In this document: positions 7,998-17,076 of the stretch, one piece after another
How the letters are laid out: the number at the start of each line of letters is the position of its first letter
Numbering within the stretch: the first letter of the stretch is position 1
Origin: Caldimicrobium thiodismutans
Lineage (GTDB): Bacteria; Desulfobacterota; Thermodesulfobacteria; Thermodesulfobacteriales; Thermodesulfobacteriaceae
NCBI RefSeq assembly: GCF_001548275.1
Contig: NZ_AP014945.1
Span: forward strand, 1,620,001 to 1,652,000
Reading direction: 5' to 3'
DNA: 32,000 nucleotides
The notes under the pieces: model-generated
What the model saw: only the letters and a program-made list of their open reading frames with translations
What the model was told of the DNA's origin: nothing
The model's database searches: none
Position numbers and translations under genes: made by a program

Positions 7998-9161
7998 ATG
8001 GATTTTTTAAATAAGAAATATCTTTTTACTCCAGGGCCAGTTCCTGTATCACCACGAGTTCTTCTCACACAGGCTCAGCCCATGACCCATCACAGATTGC
8101 CTGAGTTTTCTGAAGTTTTACGGGAGATCCGTGAGGATTTAAAATATCTTTTTCAGACTCAGAGGGAGGTCTATTTTTTTGCTTCTTCTGGAACTGGGGC
8201 AATGGAAGCAGCCATAGTGAATCTTTTTTCTCCTGGAGATAAAGTTATTGTGGTTGAAGCTGGAAAATTTGGAGAGCGCTGGAGAGAACTTGCGGAGACC
8301 TATGGGTTAAATCCTGTTGTTCTTAAGATAGAATGGGGTCAGGCTATTAAACCTGAGCAGGTTGAAAAGGCTCTTAAAGAACATCCTGATGCAAAGGCAG
8401 TTCTTATGCAAGCCTGTGAAACTTCCACAGGAGTAAAACATCCAGTTAAAGAGATTTCTGAATTAACTCGTTCCAAAGAGACTTTACTTGTAATTGATGC
8501 AATAACAGCTCTTGGGGTATATCCTTTGCCTATGGATGAGTGGGGGCTGGATGTAGTTATTACAGGTTCTCAAAAGGCCTTAAGTCTTCCTCCTGGACTT
8601 TCCTTTATAGCTTTTTCAGATAAGGCCCTATCTTTGGCAGAAAGTTCTAAACTTCCCAAGTATTATTTTAATCTGGCTAAGGAGAGAAAGGCCTATACTA
8701 AGGACACCACTGCCTTTACCCCAGCTATCTCCCTTTTGCTTGGTCTGAAAGAGATGTTGAAGCGTGTGAGATCCCTTGGCCTTGAAAAAATTTTTAAACA
8801 TTGCTCAGCCCTTTCCTTAGCTTGTAGAAAAGGTGTCTCAGCTCTCGGTTTAGAAATTTTTCCTGAAGTTCCCTCAGAGTCTTTAACTGTAGTTAAGTCG
8901 CCTCAAGGATTGAATACAGGTGAATTTTTAAAATTTTTGAGGGATAAATGGGGGATTCTTTTTGCTGGGGGTCAGGACAAGCTTAAAGGAAAAATTTTTA
9001 GAATTACCCACATGGGAGATCAATCCCCCTTTGATTTGATGGTTGCTCTTTCTGCCTTAGAAATGGGCTTGAATCTTTTTGGAATAAAGATTCCCCTCGG
9101 GGCATCTCTTGTATCTGCAGAAGAGATCCTAATGGAATATTTAAAAAATGAAGGAGTATAA
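7998..9161 (+). CDS. Class V PLP aminotransferase (serine-pyruvate / alanine-glyoxylate / phosphoserine aminotransferase-like)
   Basis: 387 aa. N-terminus LFTPGPV, then SGTGAMEA and the GSQKAL PLP-lysine motif. GGGAGG RBS at 7985-7990. Confidence 0.85.
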   Translation: MDFLNKKYLFTPGPVPVSPRVLLTQAQPMTHHRLPEFSEVLREIREDLKYLFQTQREVYFFASSGTGAMEAAIVNLFSPGDKVIVVEAGKFGERWRELAETYGLNPVVLKIEWGQAIKPEQVEKALKEHPDAKAVLMQACETSTGVKHPVKEISELTRSKETLLVIDAITALGVYPLPMDEWGLDVVITGSQKALSLPPGLSFIAFSDKALSLAESSKLPKYYFNLAKERKAYTKDTTAFTPAISLLLGLKEMLKRVRSLGLEKIFKHCSALSLACRKGVSALGLEIFPEVPSESLTVVKSPQGLNTGEFLKFLRDKWGILFAGGQDKLKGKIFRITHMGDQSPFDLMVALSALEMGLNLFGIKIPLGASLVSAEEILMEYLKNEGV

Positions 9162-9306
9162 AAAAGAAGATTTTTCTAATATAAGATTACATTTTCACGA
9201 GGAAAAAGAGTGTGAAAAAGGCAAAAGATTTAAAGCGGATACATAAGGTCAGGATCCATTAAAGCCTTATCTCAGAGAGAAGAAGTTTTGCGCAAGATAA
9301 AAGCAC

Positions 9307-9365
9307 CTGTTTAGCTTGAAAAGTATGGAATAGCGCAAATTTCTTAATTTGAAATGGTATTATTA
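9307..9365 (+). repeat. Intergenic repeat A, copy 1
   Basis: The 33-nt core tgaaaagtatggaatagcgcaaatttcttaatt (9317-9349) matches the reverse complement of 20344-20376 at 32/33 positions. The flanks also align. Confidence 0.8.
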
Positions 9366-9493
9366 ATGCTTAAGTTCACATCCTTACAAGAAAAATTTGG
9401 GTTGAATATAGGTGCAAATAATTATTTGCCTCTACCAAGGGTTTTAAAATATTGTTATAGGGGAGGCTTTACAGGTTAATATTACAAAAATAA

Positions 9494-9545
9494 TCCAATT
9501 TATCTACCCAAAAAGAGGTAGATTTAAGTCTCAAACAATATGGAC
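9494..9545 (+). repeat. Intergenic repeat B, copy 1
   Basis: tccaatttatctacccaaaaagaggtagatttaagtctcaaacaatatggac aligns with 10661-10711 at about 45 of 52 positions by eye. Contains an internal hairpin, tctacc/ggtaga. Confidence 0.75.
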
Positions 9546-9609
9546 TTATGCAAAACCTCTTGTTTTTTTTCATTTTTCTTTTAAGTTTTGAGATTAAGGG
9601 GGAACTTTT

Positions 9610-10380
9610 ATGCAAAGGGCTAAAAAAAGTATCATATCCAAAGTAGCCTTAAAGGAAATGTTAATTAGGGATCTCCCTGAGCTTTTAAAGGAAGATCCCC
9701 TTCTTAAGGATTATGTAGCAAGTCTTTTCAAAGAAAATTTTGCTGACAAAAGAACCACTGAAGAAGAGATTAAGGCCCTTTTAGAGGAGATTAAGAACCT
9801 AAGAATTGAGAGTGAAAAAAGATGGGAAGAACATTCAAAGAGGCTTGAGGAACATTCTCAGATACTGAAAGAGCATTCAAAGAGGCTTGAGGAGCATTCA
9901 AAGAAGCTTGAAGAACTCTCTCAAGGCAATAAAATCCTGATGGAAGAAATCCTTGCCTTAAGAAAGAGACAGGATGTGCAAATTAGTGCCCTTGGGGCAA
10001 GATGGGGAATTAAATCAGAGAAAACCTTTCGCAATGCGGTAAAAGGTCTTCTTGAGGAAACCTTTGGGGTTAAGGTAGAACATTATGAAACAACTGATTT
10101 AGAAGGTGAGGTCTTTGAAGGTTTTCCTGGAAAAAGGGTTGAAATTGACCTTATTATTAGAGATGGTGAGCTTATTGTAGCTGAGATTAAGTCTTCTGTT
10201 AGTCCTGGAGATGTTTTGCTTTTTGAGAGAAAGGTGAAGGTTTTTGAGAAAAAAGAAGGGAAAAAAGTCACAAGAAAGATAATTATTTCTCCTATGCTTG
10301 ATCGTGAGGCAAAGAGCTTTTGCAAAAGTCTTGGAATAACCTTTTACACTGATGTCCCTGATAGAGAAGAAGGATTATAA
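9610..10380 (+). CDS. Coiled-coil protein with a C-terminal PD-(D/E)XK nuclease-like domain (resembles DUF3782-type proteins, from memory)
   Basis: 256 aa. GGGGG RBS 7 nt upstream of the ATG. N-terminal half is heptad-rich, with EEHSKRL x4. C-terminal half has RWGIKSEKTFRN, EID180LII and AE192IK194S, i.e. a D...ExK arrangement on predicted beta strands. Confidence 0.6.
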   Translation: MQRAKKSIISKVALKEMLIRDLPELLKEDPLLKDYVASLFKENFADKRTTEEEIKALLEEIKNLRIESEKRWEEHSKRLEEHSQILKEHSKRLEEHSKKLEELSQGNKILMEEILALRKRQDVQISALGARWGIKSEKTFRNAVKGLLEETFGVKVEHYETTDLEGEVFEGFPGKRVEIDLIIRDGELIVAEIKSSVSPGDVLLFERKVKVFEKKEGKKVTRKIIISPMLDREAKSFCKSLGITFYTDVPDREEGL

Positions 10381-10400
10381 GAGAAGCAAGAAATTTACAA

Positions 10401-10424
10401 GTTTTAGTTGAAAAGTATAGAATT
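10401..10424 (+). repeat. Intergenic repeat A, partial copy 3
   Basis: gttttagttgaaaagtatagaatt compared with gtttagcttgaaaagtatggaata in copy 1. Confidence 0.5.
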
Positions 10425-10660
10425 CCATTGTCAGATTTATCAGATTATTTTGGAAAAAGTGGTCTTTCGCATAGGTTCTGATTATTTCAAGAAAAAAGAA
10501 GAGTGGAAAGAGGTGAAAGGTAAGAGGTGAAAGGGGAGAGTAGTGGGAGGCCCTTGCGTGTCTGCCAAATCTTTCTCTGTCTGCCCAATAACTTAAAGGA
10601 ACATATAACAGGCAAACGCCACAAAGGGGCAAACACATAGGTTTGCCCCTACTAAAAAAA

Positions 10661-10711
10661 TCCAATTTGTCTACCAAAAGAGGTAAATTTTAAGTCTCAA
10701 AAGATATGGAC
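10661..10711 (+). repeat. Intergenic repeat B, copy 2
   Basis: Direct repeat of 9494-9545. Preceded by a 9-bp-stem hairpin GGGGCAAAC/GTTTGCCCC (10626-10649), just as copy 1 is preceded by the palindrome GCAAATAATTATTTGC (9414-9429). Confidence 0.75.
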
Positions 10712-10762
10712 GCATACGGGTGCTTGAAAAAAGGTAAAAGTTGATTAAAATAACAAAAAGAT

Positions 10763-10838
10763 GGAGGCCGTAGCTCAATGGTAGAGCACCGGGCTGTGGC
10801 CCCGGGTGTTGCGGGTTCGAGCCCCGTCGGCCTCCCCA
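10763..10838 (+). tRNA. tRNA-His (GTG)
   Basis: Cloverleaf folded by hand. Encoded G-1, acceptor GAGGCCG/CGGCCTC, anticodon loop CTGTGGC, T-loop TTCGAGC, 3' CCA encoded. Confidence 0.9.
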
Positions 10839-10863
10839 GCTATTTAAAAGTTTAGACAAAAGC

Positions 10864-10935
10864 TCCGGGGTCGTCTAACCGGCAGGACATGGGACTTTGA
10901 CTCCCAGAATCGTGGTTCGAATCCACGCCCCGGAA
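10864..10935 (+). tRNA. tRNA-Gln (TTG)
   Basis: Acceptor TCCGGGG/CCCCGGA, anticodon stem TGGGA/TCCCA with loop CTTTGAC, T-arm CGTGG-TTCGAAT-CCACG. No encoded CCA. Confidence 0.88.
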
Positions 10936-10945
10936 TTATTATTTG

Positions 10946-11037
10946 GGAGGAGTGGCCGAGAGGTCGAAGGCGCTCGCCTGCTAAGCGAGTGCACGGGTTA
11001 AAAGCTCGTGCCGCGGGTTCGAATCCCGCCTCCTCCG
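10946..11037 (+). tRNA. tRNA-Ser (GCT), class II with long variable arm
   Basis: Acceptor GGAGGAG/CTCCTCC, anticodon stem CTCGC/GCGAG with loop CTGCTAA, long variable arm, T-arm GCGGG-TTCGAAT-CCCGC. No encoded CCA. Confidence 0.88.
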
Positions 11038-11060
11038 TTTTTTAACTTTGTGTTCTTTTT

Positions 11061-11133
11061 GCCGGCGTAGCTCAATGGGCAGAGCGTGGGATTTGTAATC
11101 CCAAGGTTGAGGGTTCAAGTCCCTCCGCCGGCT
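11061..11133 (+). tRNA. tRNA-Thr (TGT)
   Basis: Acceptor GCCGGCG/CGCCGGC, anticodon stem TGGGA/TCCCA with loop TTTGTAA, T-arm GAGGG-TTCAAGT-CCCTC. No encoded CCA. Followed by a T10 run that could end the tRNA transcript. Confidence 0.88.
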
Positions 11134-11163
11134 CTTTTTTTTTAAAAAAATTATAAAAACTTC

Positions 11164-11191
11164 TTGACAAAAATAGATTAGATGCTACTTT
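11164..11191 (+). promoter_or_regulatory. Putative sigma-70-type promoter for rpsU
   Basis: TTGACA at 11164-11169, a 16-nt spacer, then TACTTT at 11186-11191. About 30 nt upstream of the rpsU start and its AGGGAGGG RBS. Confidence 0.4.
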
Positions 11192-11221
11192 TAAGGAAAA
11201 TTTATAAGGGAGGGAATTTCT

Positions 11222-11431
11222 TTGGCTGGAATTATTGTAAGAGACGGTGAATCTTTTGAGCAAGCAGTCAAGAGATTTAAAAGACTTGTTGAAAAAACCA
11301 AGATTCTCTCAGAGGTAAAGAAGAGAGAATTTTATGAAAAGCCAGGGGTTAAGAGAAGAAAAAAGGTTCAGGCCGCTAAAAAGAAACTTATTAAAAAGCT
11401 TAAAAAGATTCAACAAAAATTAGAAGATTAA
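11222..11431 (+). CDS. rpsU: 30S ribosomal protein S21
   Basis: TTG start. The (M)[20 protein letters not shown]... sequence and basic tail are typical of bS21. Strong RBS. Confidence 0.85.
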   Translation: MAGIIVRDGESFEQAVKRFKRLVEKTKILSEVKKREFYEKPGVKRRKKVQAAKKKLIKKLKKIQQKLED

Positions 11432-11450
11432 TTAGTCTTAATTTTAATCA

Positions 11451-13727
11451 GTGTCTAAGGATTTTACCCTTTTAGACTGGGAAGGTCTTAAAGGGAGGCT
11501 TTTGCCCTATCTTAAAACGGAAGCCTCAAAAATTAAACTTGTTGATTTACAGCCAACTTTTTCTCAAGAAGAATCCAAAAGACTTAGAGAAGAAAGCGCC
11601 TTTCTCTGGAATTTATTTGAAAAAGGTAAGGGAATAGAACTTCCCTCTCTTCCCTCCCTTCAAAAGATTTTTGACGGAGCCCAAAAAAGAGGCTTTCTTT
11701 TACCAGGAGAGGTTTTTCAAATAGGTCTCTGGATTATGACCTCTCTTGAATTAAGAGATATCCTTAAAAATTCTCCTTTTTTATCTCTTTCCCGACTTTC
11801 AGATGAGCTATCTCTTCTATTAGAAAGGATAAAGGAGCTTTTTGATCTTGAGAGAAAGGAGATTAAAGATTCTGCAAGTTATCAGCTAAGAATTATAAGA
11901 AGGAAAAAAAGACTCCTTGAGGAGGAAATATTTTTAAAGCTTGAAGATCTAAAAGATAAATATTACAAACTGGGCTATCTTCAGGAACCCATCTATTTAC
12001 AAAGAGAGGGTAGATATGTTTTACCAGTAAAACCAGAATATAAAAATAAAGTAAAAGGAATTTTGCAGGGGCTCTCCCAGAGCGGGGCAACTGTCTTTGT
12101 GGAACCTTTTAGCCTCATTCACATGACTAATGAGCTTGAAGAACTTGTCTGGCAGGAAGAAAGAGAAGTAAGTAGAATTTTGAAAGAGCTTACTGAGGAA
12201 CTTTTTTCTTTTCAAGAAAGTTTTTTTAAACTTGAGGAATTTATGGTCTCTCTTGATTTGGCCATAGCAAGGGTTGAGCTTGGAAGAACTTATAGAGGCA
12301 TTTTACCGGATGAGGAAAAGGCTTCTGAGCTTTTTATTGAAGAGGGTTTTCATCCATCGTTATTTTTTCGGGCACAAGAAAAGGAAAAGCCCTATCCTGT
12401 GACTAATAATTATTTACTGCGAGAGGCCCTTATGATCACAGGGCCTAATTTAGGGGGAAAGACCGTTACCCTTAAAACTATCGGGATCTCTGTTCTTATG
12501 GCTCAAAATGGTTTCCTTTTGCCAGCTAAGAAGGCTCAGATTCCATATTTTAAAAAACTTTTAGTTGATCTTGGGGATGAGCAGAATCTCTGGGAAGGCG
12601 AGTCCTCATTCTCTGCTCATCTTAAAAATCTTAAAAGGATACTTGATCTTGCAGATAAAGAAAGTCTTGTGCTTTTAGATGAGCCAGGGCGAGGAACTAA
12701 TCCAGAGGAGGGTGCCCTTTTAGTTTGGGCAATTATAGAAGGTATCCTTGAAAAGGGTGCTAAAGTCATTATGACTACCCATTCTCATATATTAAAAGTT
12801 CTTGCCTCTCAGAGAAAGGAATTTTCCTTTGCCACGGTTGAGTTTAATCGAAAGACCTTTAGTCCCACCTATCGCCTTTTATATAATTATCTTGGAGATT
12901 CTCATGCCTTTGAATTAGCCAGACGGGTTGGTTTATCTGAAAGTCTAATTAAAAGGGCAAGGGATTTGCTCTTAGATAAAGATTATTTTAATCTTCAGGA
13001 TAGATATGCTCAAAATATTGAAGCCATTGAGAACCTTAAAAAAGATTGGGAAGAAAAGGTAAGACTTTTAAAGGAGGAAAGAGAGGAGCTTTCAAAATTT
13101 AAGAAAGAACTTGAGAAAAAATATGAAAGGGCCATGGAGAAGCTTTTCGGAGAATGGCAGAGGGAATTTCGCACCTTTCTGGAACAGTTAGCTTCGGCTA
13201 AGTCCTCAAAAAGGGCACATAGAGAATTTCAAAAATTTTTAGAAGAAAGACATCTTCCCCGGATCTTTGAGGAAAGGTCCTTTCAGGAGGGAGAAAAGGT
13301 CTTTGTGAAATGTTTTGGTAAAGAGGGAACTATCCTAAAGATAAAAGATAAAACAGCCCTTGTGCTTTCAGGCCAGATGAAGCTTGAAGTCCCTCTTCAA
13401 GAGTTGAGACGGGAAGATATTAAAAATCCACCCAAACCCAGATATTCGGCTACCCTTTCTCATCCCCCCTCTTGCTCAAAAGAAAAGATACATCTCTTAG
13501 GTGAGGAGGTTGAAAGTGCCCTAAATCTTTTGGAAAGGAAATTAAATAGGTGTTTTTTAGAGGGAAAAGATCAACTTCTTGTTATTCATGGCCATGGAAC
13601 AGGGAAACTTCGGCAAGCCATAAGAGATTATTTAAAGGTACACCCTTTGGTAAAGGCCTATGAAGAAGCACCTTCCTATGAAGGGGGTAGTGGAGCTACC
13701 TTGGTTTATCTGCATAAAAAAAATTGA
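11451..13727 (+). CDS. mutS2: Endonuclease MutS2 (MutS domain V ATPase plus C-terminal Smr domain)
   Basis: GTG start. 758 aa. Walker A GPNLGGKTVTLKT, DEPGRGTNP, TTH, long coiled coil, and an Smr domain (LVIHGHGTGKLRQAIRDYL). Confidence 0.9.
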   Translation: MSKDFTLLDWEGLKGRLLPYLKTEASKIKLVDLQPTFSQEESKRLREESAFLWNLFEKGKGIELPSLPSLQKIFDGAQKRGFLLPGEVFQIGLWIMTSLELRDILKNSPFLSLSRLSDELSLLLERIKELFDLERKEIKDSASYQLRIIRRKKRLLEEEIFLKLEDLKDKYYKLGYLQEPIYLQREGRYVLPVKPEYKNKVKGILQGLSQSGATVFVEPFSLIHMTNELEELVWQEEREVSRILKELTEELFSFQESFFKLEEFMVSLDLAIARVELGRTYRGILPDEEKASELFIEEGFHPSLFFRAQEKEKPYPVTNNYLLREALMITGPNLGGKTVTLKTIGISVLMAQNGFLLPAKKAQIPYFKKLLVDLGDEQNLWEGESSFSAHLKNLKRILDLADKESLVLLDEPGRGTNPEEGALLVWAIIEGILEKGAKVIMTTHSHILKVLASQRKEFSFATVEFNRKTFSPTYRLLYNYLGDSHAFELARRVGLSESLIKRARDLLLDKDYFNLQDRYAQNIEAIENLKKDWEEKVRLLKEEREELSKFKKELEKKYERAMEKLFGEWQREFRTFLEQLASAKSSKRAHREFQKFLEERHLPRIFEERSFQEGEKVFVKCFGKEGTILKIKDKTALVLSGQMKLEVPLQELRREDIKNPPKPRYSATLSHPPSCSKEKIHLLGEEVESALNLLERKLNRCFLEGKDQLLVIHGHGTGKLRQAIRDYLKVHPLVKAYEEAPSYEGGSGATLVYLHKKN

Positions 13728-13790
13728 AGCAATCTCTTGACCTTTTGATTTCTTATGTTAAAGAGTATGGAGGGCTAAGGTCCTGATCAA

Positions 13791-15530
13791 ATGAGCCATA
13801 CAAATCTTTTTGATGAAGTCAAAAGACATTTTGAGATAGTGAGTTTTATCTCTCAGTATATAAAACTTAAAAAGGTTGGCAAAAACTATGTGGGGTTGTG
13901 TCCCTTTCATGCCGAAAGGACTCCTTCTTTTACAGTCAATGGAGAAAAGCAGATCTTTAAGTGTTTTGGCTGTGGAGCTTCTGGAGATGTTGTCTCCTTT
14001 TATATGCGCATAAAGGGGCTTGAGTTTAAAGATGCCCTTATTGAGCTTGCTGAAAAGGCTGGACTTAAGATTGACCAGAGGGCTTTTACAGAAAAGCGCA
14101 AAGAAAAGGATTTGGTTGAGGTAAATTTTAAGGTTGCTAAAATTTATCAACACTATCTCTGGAATAGTCCCCTGAGTGAGAGAGCCAGGGCCTATCTAAA
14201 AAGCAGGAATTTAAGTGAAGAATGCGCTAAGACCTTTTATCTTGGCTATGCCCCTTCAGAAGGAAGATTTCTTGCCAGCATGCTTAGAACTCAGAAAATT
14301 GATCTGGACCTTGCGGTCTCTGCTGGCCTCTTGAAAAAAGGTGAGGATGGTTCTTATTTTGACCTTTTTAGAGATAGGCTAATGTTTCCTATTTTTAATG
14401 AGAAGGGTGAATGCCTTGGTTTTGGTGGAAGGGCCCTGGGGCCTGAAGCTGAACCCAAATATCTTAACACTCCAGAAAGCCGGATTTTTAAAAAGAGCGA
14501 GATTCTTTACGGCCTTTTTCAGAGTAAGGATTACATCAAAAAAGAGGGTAAGGTCTTTTTAGTTGAAGGATATTTTGATTTTCTCTCTCTCTGGGAAAGG
14601 GGGCTCAGAAATGTTGTCGCAACCTGCGGGACTGCCCTTACAGAAAAGCATATTCAGAAACTTAAACCCCTTGCGGATGATTTTTATCTCCTCTATGATG
14701 GAGATATCGCTGGTGCTAAAGCTTCTTTGAGGGCCCTGTCAATGTTTCTTAAAGAGGGAGTTTTCCCCCAAATAATTTCTCTTCCCGAGGGGGAAGACCC
14801 TGACTCTTTTGCACAAAAATTTTTAAAGGATCCTGAGGAATTTAAGAGAGAGCTATCAAAATTTCTTAAAGAAGCCACAGCCTTTGTTTTTGAATTTTAT
14901 CGCTTAGAGTATCAGAAAAATCCAAGTAAGGTCTTTAATGAGGTTCTTGAGCTCTTTCAAGGAATATCTGATCCCGTTCTTCTACAAAGACTTAAAAGGG
15001 AACTCGCGTATTATTTTCAGGTTTCTGAGTCTGATATTGAGAAAAAACTGAGAAGACCTATGCAACGAGAGGTTAAACCTCAACTTGAGTCCCAATTAAC
15101 CCGAGAGGAGTGTTTTATAAAAAATATTGCCCAATACTTAGTTAATTTTCCAGAGGATATCCCGGAGCTTGAATCCGCTGGACTTAAAAAGCTTCTACAG
15201 GAAAATTTTTCTTCCGGAATCTATCATCAATTTTTAATGAAAATCCTGGAGTTAAAGGCTGAAGGCTATACCTCTTTTTTAGAGGTGCCAGAGCCTTCCT
15301 TTCAGGAGATTTTAGGAGATCTTCTCTTTTCCCCTCCCTTTGAGGATAGAAAACAGGCCCTCGAAGATATAAAAAGATTCATCGGGGTTGAACTCCAAAA
15401 AAGGGAGATTTTGAAAATTGCAGAAAGACTTAAACTTCTTCAAAGGGCGGGGAAAAAAGAAGAGGTTGAAAGTTATTTACCACAAATAAATTCAAAACTA
15501 AGGCTTTGTAAAGATTTAAAAAAACATTAA
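13791..15530 (+). CDS. dnaG: DNA primase
   Basis: Zinc-ribbon [13 protein letters not shown]...CFGCG, RNA polymerase core, and Toprim (VEGYFD, DGDIAG). 579 aa. Confidence 0.92.
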   Translation: MSHTNLFDEVKRHFEIVSFISQYIKLKKVGKNYVGLCPFHAERTPSFTVNGEKQIFKCFGCGASGDVVSFYMRIKGLEFKDALIELAEKAGLKIDQRAFTEKRKEKDLVEVNFKVAKIYQHYLWNSPLSERARAYLKSRNLSEECAKTFYLGYAPSEGRFLASMLRTQKIDLDLAVSAGLLKKGEDGSYFDLFRDRLMFPIFNEKGECLGFGGRALGPEAEPKYLNTPESRIFKKSEILYGLFQSKDYIKKEGKVFLVEGYFDFLSLWERGLRNVVATCGTALTEKHIQKLKPLADDFYLLYDGDIAGAKASLRALSMFLKEGVFPQIISLPEGEDPDSFAQKFLKDPEEFKRELSKFLKEATAFVFEFYRLEYQKNPSKVFNEVLELFQGISDPVLLQRLKRELAYYFQVSESDIEKKLRRPMQREVKPQLESQLTREECFIKNIAQYLVNFPEDIPELESAGLKKLLQENFSSGIYHQFLMKILELKAEGYTSFLEVPEPSFQEILGDLLFSPPFEDRKQALEDIKRFIGVELQKREILKIAERLKLLQRAGKKEEVESYLPQINSKLRLCKDLKKH

Positions 15531-15543
15531 AGGAGGGCAATTT

Positions 15544-17076
15544 ATGAACCTCCAGAACCAGAAAACTTGCCTTTTTGAAGGGGAAGATTTTTTAGAAGAA
15601 GATTTTGAAGAGACCCTTCTTGAAGAAGAAGTAAAAAAGGTCAAAAAAGATGACTCTCTTAAAATTTACCTTTCTGAGGTCTTTAATCATAACCTTTTGT
15701 CTAAGGAAGATGAAATAAGAATCGGAAAGACCATTGAAGAAGGAGAAAAGGAGATCCTTGAGGAGGCATTTAAATATCCTACACAGATAATGAAATTTTA
15801 CAGCCTCTTAAGAAAGCTGGAAAGAGAAAATAAACTATCTCAATATTTTAAGGACTATGAACTTCTTGAAAAAAAAGGTTCTTTTCGAGAAGCCTGGTTT
15901 AAAACACTGAGAGAGAAACTTCTGGAATTTTTAGAAGAAGAGTTAAAGGTTGATAGAAAAAGGCTTCTTGAGGAAATCTTTGGTTTAATTTATGAGGTGA
16001 GACCCACTAAAACCCTTCTTGATGAATTAACCTGTGAAATCTTGGAGGTTAAAAAGAAAGTTGATGACCTTGAGAGAGTTAAAATTAATTTTTCTCAAAA
16101 TTTTAAAGACTTGAAAATTAACTTTGAAAAACTCATCTCTTTAAATGGAGCTAAAGGGAGATCAAGAGGCCTTTCTAAAAAGTTAAAAGAGGAGATAGAG
16201 GGGAATAAGGAATTGCAGTGTTTTCTGAAAGAGGCTGAAAGAAAAAAGAAAGAAGTTGAAATTGCCTTAGATTTTTTTGGTGAGCCCTTACCAAGTATTT
16301 TAGACTCTGCCCAGAGGATTCAGAAAGCCTTTTTTAAAATAAAACGAGCCAAAGAGGAATTGGTAAGTGCCAATCTTAGGCTAATAATTTCCATTGCCAG
16401 AAAATATGCCCCTAAGGGTTCTCTCCTTTCTGACCTAATTCAGGAAGGCAACATTGGTCTTTTAAGGGCAGTTGAAAAGTTTGATTATAGAAAGGGCTTT
16501 AAGTTCTCCACTTATGCTACTTGGTGGATAAGACAAAATATTACCCGCTATTTAGCTGAGAATACACGCACCATTAGGGTTCCTGTGCATATAATTGAAG
16601 CAATTTATAAAATAAGTAAGATCGTTTATACTAAATTCTATCAGGAATATGGAAGAGAACCTACCTTAGAAGAACTTTCTAAGGAAACGGGTTTATCAGT
16701 TGAAAGACTTAGTTATATCTTTAAGGTAATGAAACAGCCTATCTCCCTTGAAACCTCAGTGGGAGAAGAGGAAGACACTACCCTTAAAGATTTTCTTGAA
16801 GATCATAATATTCTCAGACCAGATGAAGTTACTTTTAATGTTGCTCTTTCTGAAAAAATTCGTGAACTTTTAAAGACCTTATCTGCTCGTGAAGAAAAGG
16901 TAATTAGACTGCGTTTTGGCATAGGAGAAAGAGAATCCTATACTTTGGAGGAGGTAGGACAAAAATTTGGGGTCACCAAGGAGAGAATAAGACAGATTGA
17001 ATGTCATGCCTTAAGAAAACTCAAACATCCCAATAGACTTAAACTTTTAAAAAATTTTCTCTACCATGGAAGTTAA
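15544..17076 (+). CDS. rpoD: RNA polymerase primary sigma factor (sigma-70 family)
   Basis: Region 1.2 ([10 protein letters not shown]), region 2 ([48 protein letters not shown]), and regions 3 and 4 ([21 protein letters not shown]). Confidence 0.92.
   Translation: MNLQNQKTCLFEGEDFLEEDFEETLLEEEVKKVKKDDSLKIYLSEVFNHNLLSKEDEIRIGKTIEEGEKEILEEAFKYPTQIMKFYSLLRKLERENKLSQYFKDYELLEKKGSFREAWFKTLREKLLEFLEEELKVDRKRLLEEIFGLIYEVRPTKTLLDELTCEILEVKKKVDDLERVKINFSQNFKDLKINFEKLISLNGAKGRSRGLSKKLKEEIEGNKELQCFLKEAERKKKEVEIALDFFGEPLPSILDSAQRIQKAFFKIKRAKEELVSANLRLIISIARKYAPKGSLLSDLIQEGNIGLLRAVEKFDYRKGFKFSTYATWWIRQNITRYLAENTRTIRVPVHIIEAIYKISKIVYTKFYQEYGREPTLEELSKETGLSVERLSYIFKVMKQPISLETSVGEEEDTTLKDFLEDHNILRPDEVTFNVALSEKIRELLKTLSAREEKVIRLRFGIGERESYTLEEVGQKFGVTKERIRQIECHALRKLKHPNRLKLLKNFLYHGS

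Noticed and set aside
9192-9218. Stem-loop TTTTCAC...GTGAAAA downstream of the aminotransferase as a terminator
   Set aside because: It is an AT-rich 7-bp stem with a 13-nt loop and no following U-tract, so it is unlikely to function at high temperature.
9317-9349. Sigma-54 (-24/-12) promoter within repeat A (tatGGaatagcGCaaat)
   Set aside because: The GG-to-GC spacing does not match the TGGCAC-N5-TTGCA geometry. No canonical sigma-70 hexamer pair with proper spacing was found in the core either.
9307-10711. CRISPR array or leader
   Set aside because: There are only two or three copies, the spacing is irregular (about 1.1 kb), the copies are imperfect, one is inverted at 20.3 kb, and no cas genes are present. 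This is not CRISPR architecture.
10375-10859. Minus-strand ORFs 10375..10677 and 10671..10859 (also 11072..11263)
   Set aside because: They run through the repeat/hairpin spacer and antisense across tRNA-His and tRNA-Thr. They are artefacts of GC-rich tRNA sequence and AT-rich spacers.
13758-14153. 131-aa minus-strand ORF
   Set aside because: It is antisense to the highly conserved zinc-finger region of dnaG.
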